Shown here one piece after another: positions 54,233-62,843 of a stretch of 64,000 nucleotides of DNA. Every line of letters begins with the position of its first letter. The first letter of the stretch is position 1. Origin of the DNA: Patescibacteria group bacterium (GTDB taxonomy: Bacteria > Patescibacteriota > Patescibacteriia > JACQRZ01); the NCBI GenBank assembly GCA_038065255.1, contig JBBTRI010000006.1, positions 9,240 to 73,239 of the forward strand. Direction: 5' to 3'. The position numbers were made by a program, and so were the translations under genes. The notes under the pieces were generated by a model that saw nothing but the letters and a program-made list of their open reading frames with translations, was not told the origin of the DNA and did no database searches.

Positions 54233-55273
54233 ATGAAAGCGCTTGTTAAATGCAGAGCAGAAAAAGGATTGGAACTGCAGGATATTCCCATACCTGAAGT
54301 GAAACCCGGCACGGTGCTTGTGAAAATTGCTGCCGCAGGCATTTGCGGAAGCGATCATCATATTTACAAATGGGATGACGGGCGCAACGCGCTTTCCAAT
54401 AACGTACCTTACATTCTGGGTCATGAAGGCTCGGGAACCGTCGAGAAAGTCGGCGAGGGTGTTACGAATATTGCGGAAGGCGATCGTGTTGCATTTGAAT
54501 CCCACATCCATGACGATTGCTCATATGTGAAGCGAGGACTGGAGAATATTTGTCCCCATAAGAGCATTCTTGGAATTGGCAGTAATGGTGTTTTTGCAGA
54601 GTATGCGCTTGTACCCCAACACATTGTCCGCATTGCACCGCTAAGCATTCCACTAACGGTTGCATCGGTATTTGAGCCTGCAACGATCGGCATCCGCGCA
54701 CTTGAACACCTCTCTGAACTCTTATCAAAGCAGCCACTGGGACGGAAATCGAAAGTAGCAGTATTCGGTGCAACAGGGATTATGGGCGGTGTAGCAGCGC
54801 TTGCAGCCCGATGGTTTGGATTTGATGTGTTGGCATTCGGACGCAGCAAAGAAAAACTCGCCGTCATTTCCAGCTTAGATTCGTCAATTACCACCTATGA
54901 CATTACTGATGTCGATATATCAAAAAAGCTATCAGAGCTTTCGGTGGATGCTGTGATTGAGACGACCGGAGCACCACAGTCTCTGGAAATCGGTCGCTCG
55001 CTCATTGTTTCGGCAGGAGTATGGATTCAGATCGGCATTTTCGGAAGCGATTCAGATGCATACCGAATACTTCTCAATGATGTTGTGCGTCGGGAAATTA
55101 TGCTCAAAGGGGTTGTAGGTCGTACGCGACGTGAATGGAACCGACTCTTTGATTTGGTCGGCAGTGGAGCGCTTCAGCTTACTCCTCTGATTACCGATCG
55201 GTACGCACTCGAGGATTTCGAAGCTGCATTCAGGGCAAAGGAGGGGATTAAGAGTGTCTTTGTCCTTGAATAG
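54233..55273 (+). CDS. Zn-dependent alcohol dehydrogenase (threonine/sorbitol dehydrogenase-like MDR)
   Basis: MKALVK..., GICGSDHHIY zinc motif, GATGIMGG Rossmann; the start was moved to the ATG after the upstream stop. Confidence 0.8.
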   Translation: MKALVKCRAEKGLELQDIPIPEVKPGTVLVKIAAAGICGSDHHIYKWDDGRNALSNNVPYILGHEGSGTVEKVGEGVTNIAEGDRVAFESHIHDDCSYVKRGLENICPHKSILGIGSNGVFAEYALVPQHIVRIAPLSIPLTVASVFEPATIGIRALEHLSELLSKQPLGRKSKVAVFGATGIMGGVAALAARWFGFDVLAFGRSKEKLAVISSLDSSITTYDITDVDISKKLSELSVDAVIETTGAPQSLEIGRSLIVSAGVWIQIGIFGSDSDAYRILLNDVVRREIMLKGVVGRTRREWNRLFDLVGSGALQLTPLITDRYALEDFEAAFRAKEGIKSVFVLE

Positions 55274-55298
55274 CCCAATTCGAGCACTCCAACAGCTT

Positions 55299-55335
55299 GC
55301 CGTTTTCCCACCAAGGGAAGGCGGTTTTTTATTTT
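55299..55335 (+). terminator. Rho-independent terminator
   Basis: gccgttttccc-accaa-gggaaggcgg hairpin followed by tttttt. Confidence 0.5.
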
Positions 55336-55363
55336 TCAGACGCTTATAATGTCAATAATCCAC

Positions 55364-55392
55364 TTGACATAATATGTAACAAATGATAGTCT
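55364..55392 (+). promoter_or_regulatory. Sigma70-like promoter
   Basis: TTGACA - 17 nt - TAGTCT upstream of the 55457 gene. Confidence 0.4.
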
Positions 55393-55456
55393 GTGTATAT
55401 CTCTTATGTATAAGAAGGGGTCTGTAGTTATCTACAGCTGTTAGGAGGAATAGTCA

Positions 55457-55966
55457 TTGGACGAAATAGCACCGAATGTTGTCAACTTCATTGAATATCA
55501 TCACGCATTCAACAAGGCAGGGGATACTGTAAGCTCGACAGGAGTCGGGCATTGCATTTCCGGAGAAATCATAGAACAGGCACGAGACATATATAGCCGC
55601 ACATTGTCGCGGTATGTTTCAATCTCTCCAGCACTCTGTGTCCTGGAGGATCGTATCAAGCAGCACATGCTTCAAGGGATTTTCTGCGGTGTCCGAGATG
55701 AAGATCTCTTGGCCGCAGCGGCTCTCGTGAGAGCGCACGGAGATTATCTATGCGACAACTGGGTGAGAGGGCAGGGAAGCGAAAGGGCGCGTATGTTGCG
55801 CATCATTCATCGCCTGTCATCCCGACTGAAGGGGATTGTCTCGGAACATCTTGCGCGGCAGAGTCTTGATCGTCCGCTTGACGATCCGTTCGATCCACCC
55901 CTGCTGGTGGTGCGGCAATGCCGTACACAGCTTGAGCGCGTGCTCAATGAACTTGGGATGTCCTAG
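55457..55966 (+). CDS. Hypothetical protein in a GC-rich (about 52%) islet
   Basis: TTG start 7 nt downstream of a perfect AGGAGG; codon usage distinct from the flanking DNA. Confidence 0.45.
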   Translation: MDEIAPNVVNFIEYHHAFNKAGDTVSSTGVGHCISGEIIEQARDIYSRTLSRYVSISPALCVLEDRIKQHMLQGIFCGVRDEDLLAAAALVRAHGDYLCDNWVRGQGSERARMLRIIHRLSSRLKGIVSEHLARQSLDRPLDDPFDPPLLVVRQCRTQLERVLNELGMS

Positions 55967-56019
55967 GTGTCCATATCCCACATCGGCCTTACCATTGCGA
56001 TAGGCCGATTTTTTTATCC

Positions 56020-56790
56020 ATGAGTATTGACATTCGGGGAAATATTACCTACCATTGTCGGTATCGAACATTGATAATGAATACAATCAAAAATGTGCGA
56101 GTACTGTGTTTCCATACTATCGGTACCGGTGGTGCGTCAACACTCGGGCCGCAGGAATTTATCGCATTATATAGAAAATATTCGGAAGAATTACATTACG
56201 AAAAAGCGTGGGAAAAGTATCGAGGCGACCACCATTACCAAGATCAGCATGAGTTTATGTATCGCCAACGCTTTTTCCGTGAATGGGGCGATCATTGCAA
56301 ATTCACTGTTCTTCGGGATAAGGTAACCAGAGAACTAATCTTTTGTTTTGCTCTCGAGCACAAGGATACGGATGTCTATATGTTCTCGCTTTATGCCCGC
56401 ATGGCTTGCATGCGCAATAGACAGGAAGTTCAGACCGATGACGGCCAGCTTGAAGAGGTAGTACTGGCCATCGCAAACGCCGATGCGAGCAAAGAACAAT
56501 TTGACTGGATCGGCTACGGCCATTTTTGGCTGGAGTATGGTGGTAGTGACTTAGGTAGTCACGATCGGCTCGGCATGGATTTTTCCTCCGATCATATTCA
56601 CAATGAAGGGTGCCCCTACTGGCATGAGGCGCTCGCGGATGCCGTGCGCCAACAGCTGGCCGAGTACTTTGGCGCCTATGTGTGTTTCACTATGTCACTC
56701 ATGCGCCAATCATGGCCGGTCCGCTGGGACGAGGAAAAAGCGGCAGCAGCCAAAGCAGATCCGGGTGATGGAATCCTCCTTGACTACTGA
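56020..56790 (+). CDS. Hypothetical protein in the GC-rich islet
   Basis: 256-aa ORF (alternative start at M20, nt 56077); His/Tyr/Trp-rich; no recognisable motif. Confidence 0.4.
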   Translation: MSIDIRGNITYHCRYRTLIMNTIKNVRVLCFHTIGTGGASTLGPQEFIALYRKYSEELHYEKAWEKYRGDHHYQDQHEFMYRQRFFREWGDHCKFTVLRDKVTRELIFCFALEHKDTDVYMFSLYARMACMRNRQEVQTDDGQLEEVVLAIANADASKEQFDWIGYGHFWLEYGGSDLGSHDRLGMDFSSDHIHNEGCPYWHEALADAVRQQLAEYFGAYVCFTMSLMRQSWPVRWDEEKAAAAKADPGDGILLDY

Positions 56791-56847
56791 CCGCACCAAC
56801 GATGCGGCGGGCTCTTATTAAAAGAGCTCTTTTTTTATTTCCGATCA

Positions 56848-56876
56848 TTGACAAAACGATCAAAAAATGCTAGTGT
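56848..56876 (+). promoter_or_regulatory. Sigma70-like promoter preceded by a terminator T-tract
   Basis: TTGACA - 17 nt - TAGTGT, 10 nt before ATG 56886. Confidence 0.45.
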
Positions 56877-56885
56877 GATCCAGCA

Positions 56886-57539
56886 ATGATCAACAGTATT
56901 CATTCGATCATTCAAACGTACATTTCTTCGTTTCACACATGGAAAGACTGGTCCCTCTTCGTTTCAGGAGTTTTGTTTATCGGTGGATTCATACCGTATG
57001 CAACCTCAATTTTACGCAGAGAAACAGTGCCGGTGAAAGTCACGTGGACGCTTGGCTTTATTCTCGATGTTATTGTGTTAATAGGAATGTTGGATAAGGG
57101 AAAAGCGAATTTTCAGATCGTCGGCGCATGTTTCGGCGCTGGAATCACCATGCTCCTCTCGTGGTCCTATGGCGCAAAAGGGTGGAAGCCTATTGATGTA
57201 GTTAGCGCCTGCGGGGCAGTACTGGGTATACTGCTCTGGAAACTTTTTGGCGATTCACTTGTCGGCATCATTATTGCATGCGTAACTATGTTTGTTGCTT
57301 GTGTACCAATGCTACAGGCAACATGGATCGATCCGAGTAAAGAAGACAAGCTCTCGTGGACAATCTTTTACGCCTCTTGTGTTTTTGCCGTCTGCGGTGT
57401 AAAAGAGTGGACACTTGTTGTTGCAGCCCAACCGGTAACATTTCTGCTTATCGAGCTTTCAATGGTGCTTTTGGTCTACCTTCGGCCACCAGCACTCAGT
57501 AAAACGCGTGAAAAGCAGTATTTCGAAAGCCCGTTATGA
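56886..57539 (+). CDS. Polytopic membrane protein; paralogue of 7409..7993
   Basis: 6 predicted TM segments; FIPY...T.P motif shared with the 7409 protein. Confidence 0.45.
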   Translation: MINSIHSIIQTYISSFHTWKDWSLFVSGVLFIGGFIPYATSILRRETVPVKVTWTLGFILDVIVLIGMLDKGKANFQIVGACFGAGITMLLSWSYGAKGWKPIDVVSACGAVLGILLWKLFGDSLVGIIIACVTMFVACVPMLQATWIDPSKEDKLSWTIFYASCVFAVCGVKEWTLVVAAQPVTFLLIELSMVLLVYLRPPALSKTREKQYFESPL

Positions 57540-57591
57540 TCACAGATCCGGGCTCTTTTTTATTGACAAAAAGTGAACTCTGGAATAGGCT
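57528..57591 (+). promoter_or_regulatory. Terminator hairpin followed by a sigma70-like promoter
   Basis: agcccg...cgggct stem + T-tract; TTGACA - 17 nt - TAGGCT. Confidence 0.45.
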
Positions 57592-57613
57592 CATTTTTGC
57601 GTACATTATCACA

Positions 57614-58291
57614 ATGAGAAAGAGTGCATTAGCAAAAACAAGCATGGCGTTTGCGATCTTCGGAGTTGCTATCGGTATTAGTACATTTACTGCAACAACA
57701 CCCATAGGTTTGCCTGATTTTTCCGTTTCGTATGCATCTACCACTGGTATCTTGCATAAAAATCGAAATGAAGAGTATCTCGTAGATGAAGCGGAGCGAC
57801 TGTACAGTATGTACTTAATGAGAAGCGAAGTGGAGATGTATAAGAAATTCCGCATTCGACTCTTCGCCAATGAAAAGCTTGCAGGGATGTTCAAAAAATG
57901 CGCACAAGCAAGAACCCCCCTGGGATTAGCTGATTCGTTCCGTGTGTATGTCACAACCTTGAGTGTCGATGTAAAAGCATCAGATGAAGCAATCATTGCT
58001 TTTTTGGTCAAAAATCTTCCTACTGCCACACAAAACAGAATTATCTACGACAAACTGTCAAAAGAAGCACAGGGCTTTGGACTTACACTTATCCTTGGTG
58101 ATCTGGAAGGATACAAGAAATTCAGAGGTCGCCTTCTTGCAAACAAGCGGCTTGCTGATGCATTTAGAGAAGCGTCACATGCAGGAATCAGTATTGGTCT
58201 TGGATCGAAGTTTGAATCAAGTACTACGGCAGCCACGATCAATATTCATGCAACTGACGAAGAAATCCTCACATTCTTTCTCGGCGATTAG
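57614..58291 (+). CDS. Secreted protein with two internal about 60-aa repeats, hypothetical
   Basis: Signal peptide MRKSALAKTSMAFAIFGVAIGI; repeats YKKFR.RL.AN..LA..F......A.....GL...F ... ATDE.I..F. The start was moved from 57536 because a terminator and promoter lie in between. Confidence 0.45.
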   Translation: MRKSALAKTSMAFAIFGVAIGISTFTATTPIGLPDFSVSYASTTGILHKNRNEEYLVDEAERLYSMYLMRSEVEMYKKFRIRLFANEKLAGMFKKCAQARTPLGLADSFRVYVTTLSVDVKASDEAIIAFLVKNLPTATQNRIIYDKLSKEAQGFGLTLILGDLEGYKKFRGRLLANKRLADAFREASHAGISIGLGSKFESSTTAATINIHATDEEILTFFLGD

Positions 58292-58297
58292 TATTTC

Positions 58298-58362
58298 GAG
58301 CTCCCCGGAGCTTTTTTTTATTGCGTCATGAGCCTTGACACTATCACTATGCGTGCTACTAT
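58298..58362 (+). promoter_or_regulatory. Terminator hairpin followed by a sigma70-like promoter
   Basis: gagctcc-cc-ggagct + T8; TTGACA - 16 nt - TACTAT. The track ORF at 58335 starts with the TTG of this -35 box. Confidence 0.45.
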
Positions 58363-58382
58363 GCGCGGTATCGAACATTACA

Positions 58383-58820
58383 ATGACTTGGACAATTCAG
58401 ACGATTGAAACTGTGCTTTCCTATCCCAAGGCAGTCATGACACTCGAAATCCCGGGCGGTGCAAGTGGTCGAAAAATCATCGATGCAGCGCGTGACAGTA
58501 TCGAGGAGAATAAGCAGGCAAACCAAAGCGTTGATCTCGTCGAAGAATACTATTATAGAGACGACGACATCCTCTTTGTTTTTGGACAGCAATCCCTCTG
58601 TCCTTACGAAGACATTATCCTTGCAGTGGATGCCGGAAGAGACTTTACGCATCTCATCCTTCCCGAAGGAGGCTATACGAGAGTGCGGGTGATCAGTCAT
58701 GAATGGCCGAGTCGTAAGCTTGCAGTTGGGTATGGCGATGAACAAATCGCAGAAGCTTGCCGACATTTCCGCGATCAGCTTGCCAGTCGTCTCAATATCC
58801 CTTCACAGCCAGGCGAATAG
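58383..58820 (+). CDS. Hypothetical protein (145 aa from the ATG start)
   Basis: ATG downstream of the promoter; no recognisable motifs. Confidence 0.4.
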   Translation: MTWTIQTIETVLSYPKAVMTLEIPGGASGRKIIDAARDSIEENKQANQSVDLVEEYYYRDDDILFVFGQQSLCPYEDIILAVDAGRDFTHLILPEGGYTRVRVISHEWPSRKLAVGYGDEQIAEACRHFRDQLASRLNIPSQPGE

Positions 58821-58846
58821 CCCTGGTTTTTTTATGGCATTTTTTA

Positions 58847-58875
58847 TTGACAAAAATTAGTATCTATGATAGTCT
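58847..58875 (+). promoter_or_regulatory. Sigma70-like promoter for typA
   Basis: TTGACA - 17 nt - TAGTCT preceded by a T-tract. Confidence 0.45.
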
Positions 58876-58920
58876 GCCTCTATTCATAAGGGGCTGAAGC
58901 CTTTTTTTATTACTCAACCT

Positions 58921-60732
58921 ATGCAGTCAATCAGAAACATTGCAATTATCGCCCATGTTGACCATGGCAAAACCACGCTTGTTGATGCACTTCTCAAGCA
59001 GGCGCATATTGCGTTTGGCAAAAATGTGAGCGAGGAACTCATCATGGATTCAAATGAACTCGAACGCGAACGCGGCATCACGATATTTTCCAAAAATGCG
59101 TCAGTTAATTATAACGGCACCAAGATCAATATCATTGATACACCCGGCCATGCAGATTTTGGTGGGGAAGTGGAGCGCGTTCTTCAGATGGCGGATGGCG
59201 CATTGCTTCTTGTTGATGCACAAGAGGGTCCCATGCCCCAGACGCGATTCGTGTTGAAAAAAGCGCTTGAAGCGGGGCATAAGATTATTGTCGTTGTCAA
59301 TAAAATCGACAAGCAAAATGCTCGCATCACGCACGCAGTAGAAAAAACATTTGAGTTATTTATTGACTTAGGCGCTACTGACGAACAGGTAGATTTTCCC
59401 ATAATCTATGCCGCCGCGCGCCTCGGTAAAGCAGGGCTTTCCGCTGATCTTGAATCGATGACAGACATTATGCCTGTTTTTGATGCAATAGTAAAGTATA
59501 TTCCGGAACCAACAGGTGACGATGCAAAACCATTTCAGATGCTTGTAACGTCGTTGGTAAGCGACACGTATAAGGGTAAAATTGCAATTGGTAAAATCTG
59601 GAATGGTTCCGTTCAGCAAGGATCGCCTATTACGCATATTTCCCGTGATGGTGAGAAAGCAAACCAAAAAATTACAGCACTTATGACTTTTGAAGGTTTG
59701 GGCCGCATTGAAGTGGAGGGCGCTCAAGCGGGAGATATTGTTGCAATCGCAGGCATTGCCCAGGTGAATATTGGCGATACGATTGCAGAAGTGGACCAAC
59801 CGCTTCAAATTACCCCCCATGCCATTGAGCAGCCAACCGTGAAGATGACCTTTGGCGTGAATACCTCGCCATTTGCCGGCAGGGAAGGGGATTACTGCAC
59901 ATCGCGCAATATTCGTGAACGCCTTGCAAAAGAACTTGAAACAGACGTTGCACTTCGTGTAGACGAAAGTACCAGTACCGATGAGTTTGTAGTGAGCGGA
60001 CGCGGAGAACTGCACTTGGCAATTCTCATCGAACGCATGCGGCGCGAAGGCTACGAGTTGCAGGTATCCCGCCCCGAGGTTATTTTAAAAACTAACGATG
60101 ATGGCGCACTCCAGGAACCTATTGAAGAAGTGTGGATTGATGTCCCTGAAGAACACATGGGTATTGTGATTGAAAAATTAGGAAGGCGGAAAGCAGAGTT
60201 AAAAAATATGCATGTTGATTCCGGCATGGCGACGTTTCATTATGCCATTCCAACACGGGGGCTTATCGGCTATCGCAGTGAATTTCTTACGGATACGCGT
60301 GGACTTGGTATTATGAATACGCTTTTTGGCGGGTACCAACCGTTTGCAGGGGATATTACAACGCGTTCACACGGATCATTGATTGCACATGAAGCCGGTA
60401 CAACGACGAGTTATGGAATAATCAATGCACAAGAAAGGGGATTGCTATTTGTGAAGCCAGGAGAAGCCATATATGAAGGTCAGGTAGTAGGAGCAAATGC
60501 CAAAGATGAAGATATCGAAGTAAATGTATGTAAGGAGAAGCGACTGACGAATATGCGTTCAAAGGGCGAGGGTGTTGCAGAAGGGTTGGATGTCGCAAAG
60601 GACGTTGGTTTGGAAGATGCGCTTGAATATATCGGAGAGGATGAGTTGGTGGAGGCAACGCCAAAAAACATACGACTTCGCAAAAAAGTACTCACGGCGA
60701 TTGATCGAAAACGCACAAAGCGGGATAATTAA
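58921..60732 (+). CDS. typA: Translational GTPase TypA/BipA
   Basis: NIAIIAHVDHGKTTLVD, DTPGHADFGGEVER, NKIDK G-motifs; EF-G-like domain order with a BipA C-terminus. Confidence 0.9.
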   Translation: MQSIRNIAIIAHVDHGKTTLVDALLKQAHIAFGKNVSEELIMDSNELERERGITIFSKNASVNYNGTKINIIDTPGHADFGGEVERVLQMADGALLLVDAQEGPMPQTRFVLKKALEAGHKIIVVVNKIDKQNARITHAVEKTFELFIDLGATDEQVDFPIIYAAARLGKAGLSADLESMTDIMPVFDAIVKYIPEPTGDDAKPFQMLVTSLVSDTYKGKIAIGKIWNGSVQQGSPITHISRDGEKANQKITALMTFEGLGRIEVEGAQAGDIVAIAGIAQVNIGDTIAEVDQPLQITPHAIEQPTVKMTFGVNTSPFAGREGDYCTSRNIRERLAKELETDVALRVDESTSTDEFVVSGRGELHLAILIERMRREGYELQVSRPEVILKTNDDGALQEPIEEVWIDVPEEHMGIVIEKLGRRKAELKNMHVDSGMATFHYAIPTRGLIGYRSEFLTDTRGLGIMNTLFGGYQPFAGDITTRSHGSLIAHEAGTTTSYGIINAQERGLLFVKPGEAIYEGQVVGANAKDEDIEVNVCKEKRLTNMRSKGEGVAEGLDVAKDVGLEDALEYIGEDELVEATPKNIRLRKKVLTAIDRKRTKRDN

Positions 60733-60917
60733 GCATAAAGCTCCGCTTCCCCTTGCCAAAATTCGAATAGTGTGCTAGTATAGAGAAGTAGCCTGTAGTG
60801 TCCTTCCATACGGAAAAAACAGGATCGTTTGGTTTTATCCATCGTTACCGTTTCCTACGTAGAGCAAGGGTCAAGGGTCGAAGCAGGTTTTTATTTTTTT
60901 ATGATGACCATACACTT

Positions 60918-61283
60918 ATGAAATTATACGTAGGTGGTCTCCCATTCGCAACGACTGATGATGAACTCAAAGAGCTGTTCGCAGCTCACGGGTCCGTCAC
61001 GTCGGCAAATGTCATTACAGACAAATTCTCAGGCCGCAGCCGCGGTTTCGGTTTTGTCGAGATGGGCAGCGATGCGGAAGGCCAGGCAGCCGTTCAAGCC
61101 CTTAACGGGACTCAATTCGGCGGCCGAACAATCACCGTTAGCGAAGCACGCCCCATGCGCGAAAAAAGCGATTTTGGCGGTGGTGATCGCGGCGGACGTG
61201 GTTTCGGAGGCGGCGGCGGCGGTCGTGGACAAGGCGGTCCACGTCGTGGCGGTTTCGGATCACGCGATGATTCACGATACTAA
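60918..61283 (+). CDS. RRM-type glycine-rich RNA-binding protein
   Basis: RNP2 KLYVGGL and RNP1 RGFGFVEM; C-terminal GGGRGFGGGGGGRGQGG tail; start moved to the ATG before MKLYVGG. Confidence 0.8.
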   Translation: MKLYVGGLPFATTDDELKELFAAHGSVTSANVITDKFSGRSRGFGFVEMGSDAEGQAAVQALNGTQFGGRTITVSEARPMREKSDFGGGDRGGRGFGGGGGGRGQGGPRRGGFGSRDDSRY

Positions 61284-61370
61284 ATCGAGATCAACAAAAG
61301 GACGTTTCGAAAGAGACGTCCTTTTTGTTTGCTTGAAAAAAGAGACAAATCACAGTAAGCTTCTAGTCAT

Positions 61371-62837
61371 ATGACCTGGCTCTACGAATCACATACTATT
61401 AAATCAGATCAAAACGGAACGATACGCATACTCCGCCGCTTTGGGCAATGGAAAATTTTGGTGGATCGGTTTGATGAGACATCAAACTACATGACCCATG
61501 TATTGAAACACCTTCTGCATCCCATACCGGTCGAAGCGATGCCGCGCCATATCTTGTTGCTTGGGCTTGGTGGCGGAGGGATTGTACCCCATCTTTTAAA
61601 GCATTATCCAATGCCTCGCATAACGATTATTGAATGGGATCCACACATGGTTGAATTGGCACAAAAAATAGGTAACCTTCCTTCAAAACACAGGTGGACA
61701 ATCCGACAAGGAGATGCTGCAAAAATCGTTCCTGCACTTTCAGAAAACTATGATCTAATCATTTTTGATTTATTTAAAGGAGAACATATTGTACCCGGTC
61801 TTTTGACTGAATCATTTATTGAATCGCTGAGTTCCGCACTTGCGCCGGGCGGCTATCTCTGTGTGAACGCATTTTCTCAACCTGAGTTTTTGGATTCCAT
61901 TGCACTGCGCTTGACCGTCCTGAAGAGATGGAAAAAATGGTACAACAATCTTGCCGTATTTCGGCACGAAGAATCAAAAAATCTTATCAGTAGAGTGCCT
62001 GATGGCTATCGTACGCACCGGAATTGCAAAGCCTATCTAGATCGGGATTCAAGCAATAAGAAGAATTTCAACGCGGTTGAGTCAAATGGCATTTGGGGAT
62101 TGCGCTGGAATCATGGGTTTATGCATTTTGAAAAGTATTTTGGCGATACCGAACCGATTGTCGATCCATCGGGGCCGAGGCGCATGCTCATGTGGCAGCC
62201 CGAGCGCCGTCTTGATATTCCTGCAGGGTGGCACCATCCATGGATCAAAATGGATTTGATGATGTATGGCTTCAGCGATATCGGCAATGGCGTGGAATAT
62301 TGGAAACGCTGGTCTGAGCATGCACAGCGGCATCGTAAGAAATGGCTTACGCAAACCGAATGGGAATTGTTCACACCCGATCCCCAAGATTTTTACAAAG
62401 CATACCGCAAAGCAAAAAAAGATATTTTGCTTAAAACTATGATGATTGATTATGTGAAGAAATTTGCCAAGCGGCATGGACAACTCGTTCATTTTATAGC
62501 AGCTCGGAGAAAAGGCATTCCTGATGCGCCCATTGAAGCAGGATTTGCTTTTCTTGATATTCCAGAAGTTCAGCAATCGCTCCATCTTGCATCATATATT
62601 TTGGAGTCCGCGAAGCAGAGCCCTGCAGGCACGGGCATGATGGAGTATTGGTTTGCTACCGCACGTGAACGCGGAATCCGCTTTTTGGATTTTGGCGTAT
62701 TCCGGCAAAAAGGCGAACCGCGTTCCTGGCGCGGTTTTACGCGGTTCAAAGGCCAATTTGATATCCAGTATCTCAAATACCCAAAGCCACTGGTACGCTG
62801 GACAGGATCATTAAAAGAGTTGTTTGTCAAAAAATAA
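61371..62837 (+). CDS. Fusion: spermidine-synthase-like (class I MTase fold) N-terminal domain + C-terminal GNAT/FemAB-like acyltransferase-like domain
   Basis: ILLLGLGGGGIVPHLL ... ITIIEWDP ... YDLIIFDLF PABS-like pattern; C-terminus AGFAFLDI ... GIRFLDFG acyltransferase-like (weak). Confidence 0.4.
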   Translation: MTWLYESHTIKSDQNGTIRILRRFGQWKILVDRFDETSNYMTHVLKHLLHPIPVEAMPRHILLLGLGGGGIVPHLLKHYPMPRITIIEWDPHMVELAQKIGNLPSKHRWTIRQGDAAKIVPALSENYDLIIFDLFKGEHIVPGLLTESFIESLSSALAPGGYLCVNAFSQPEFLDSIALRLTVLKRWKKWYNNLAVFRHEESKNLISRVPDGYRTHRNCKAYLDRDSSNKKNFNAVESNGIWGLRWNHGFMHFEKYFGDTEPIVDPSGPRRMLMWQPERRLDIPAGWHHPWIKMDLMMYGFSDIGNGVEYWKRWSEHAQRHRKKWLTQTEWELFTPDPQDFYKAYRKAKKDILLKTMMIDYVKKFAKRHGQLVHFIAARRKGIPDAPIEAGFAFLDIPEVQQSLHLASYILESAKQSPAGTGMMEYWFATARERGIRFLDFGVFRQKGEPRSWRGFTRFKGQFDIQYLKYPKPLVRWTGSLKELFVKK

Positions 62838-62843
62838 CCTATC

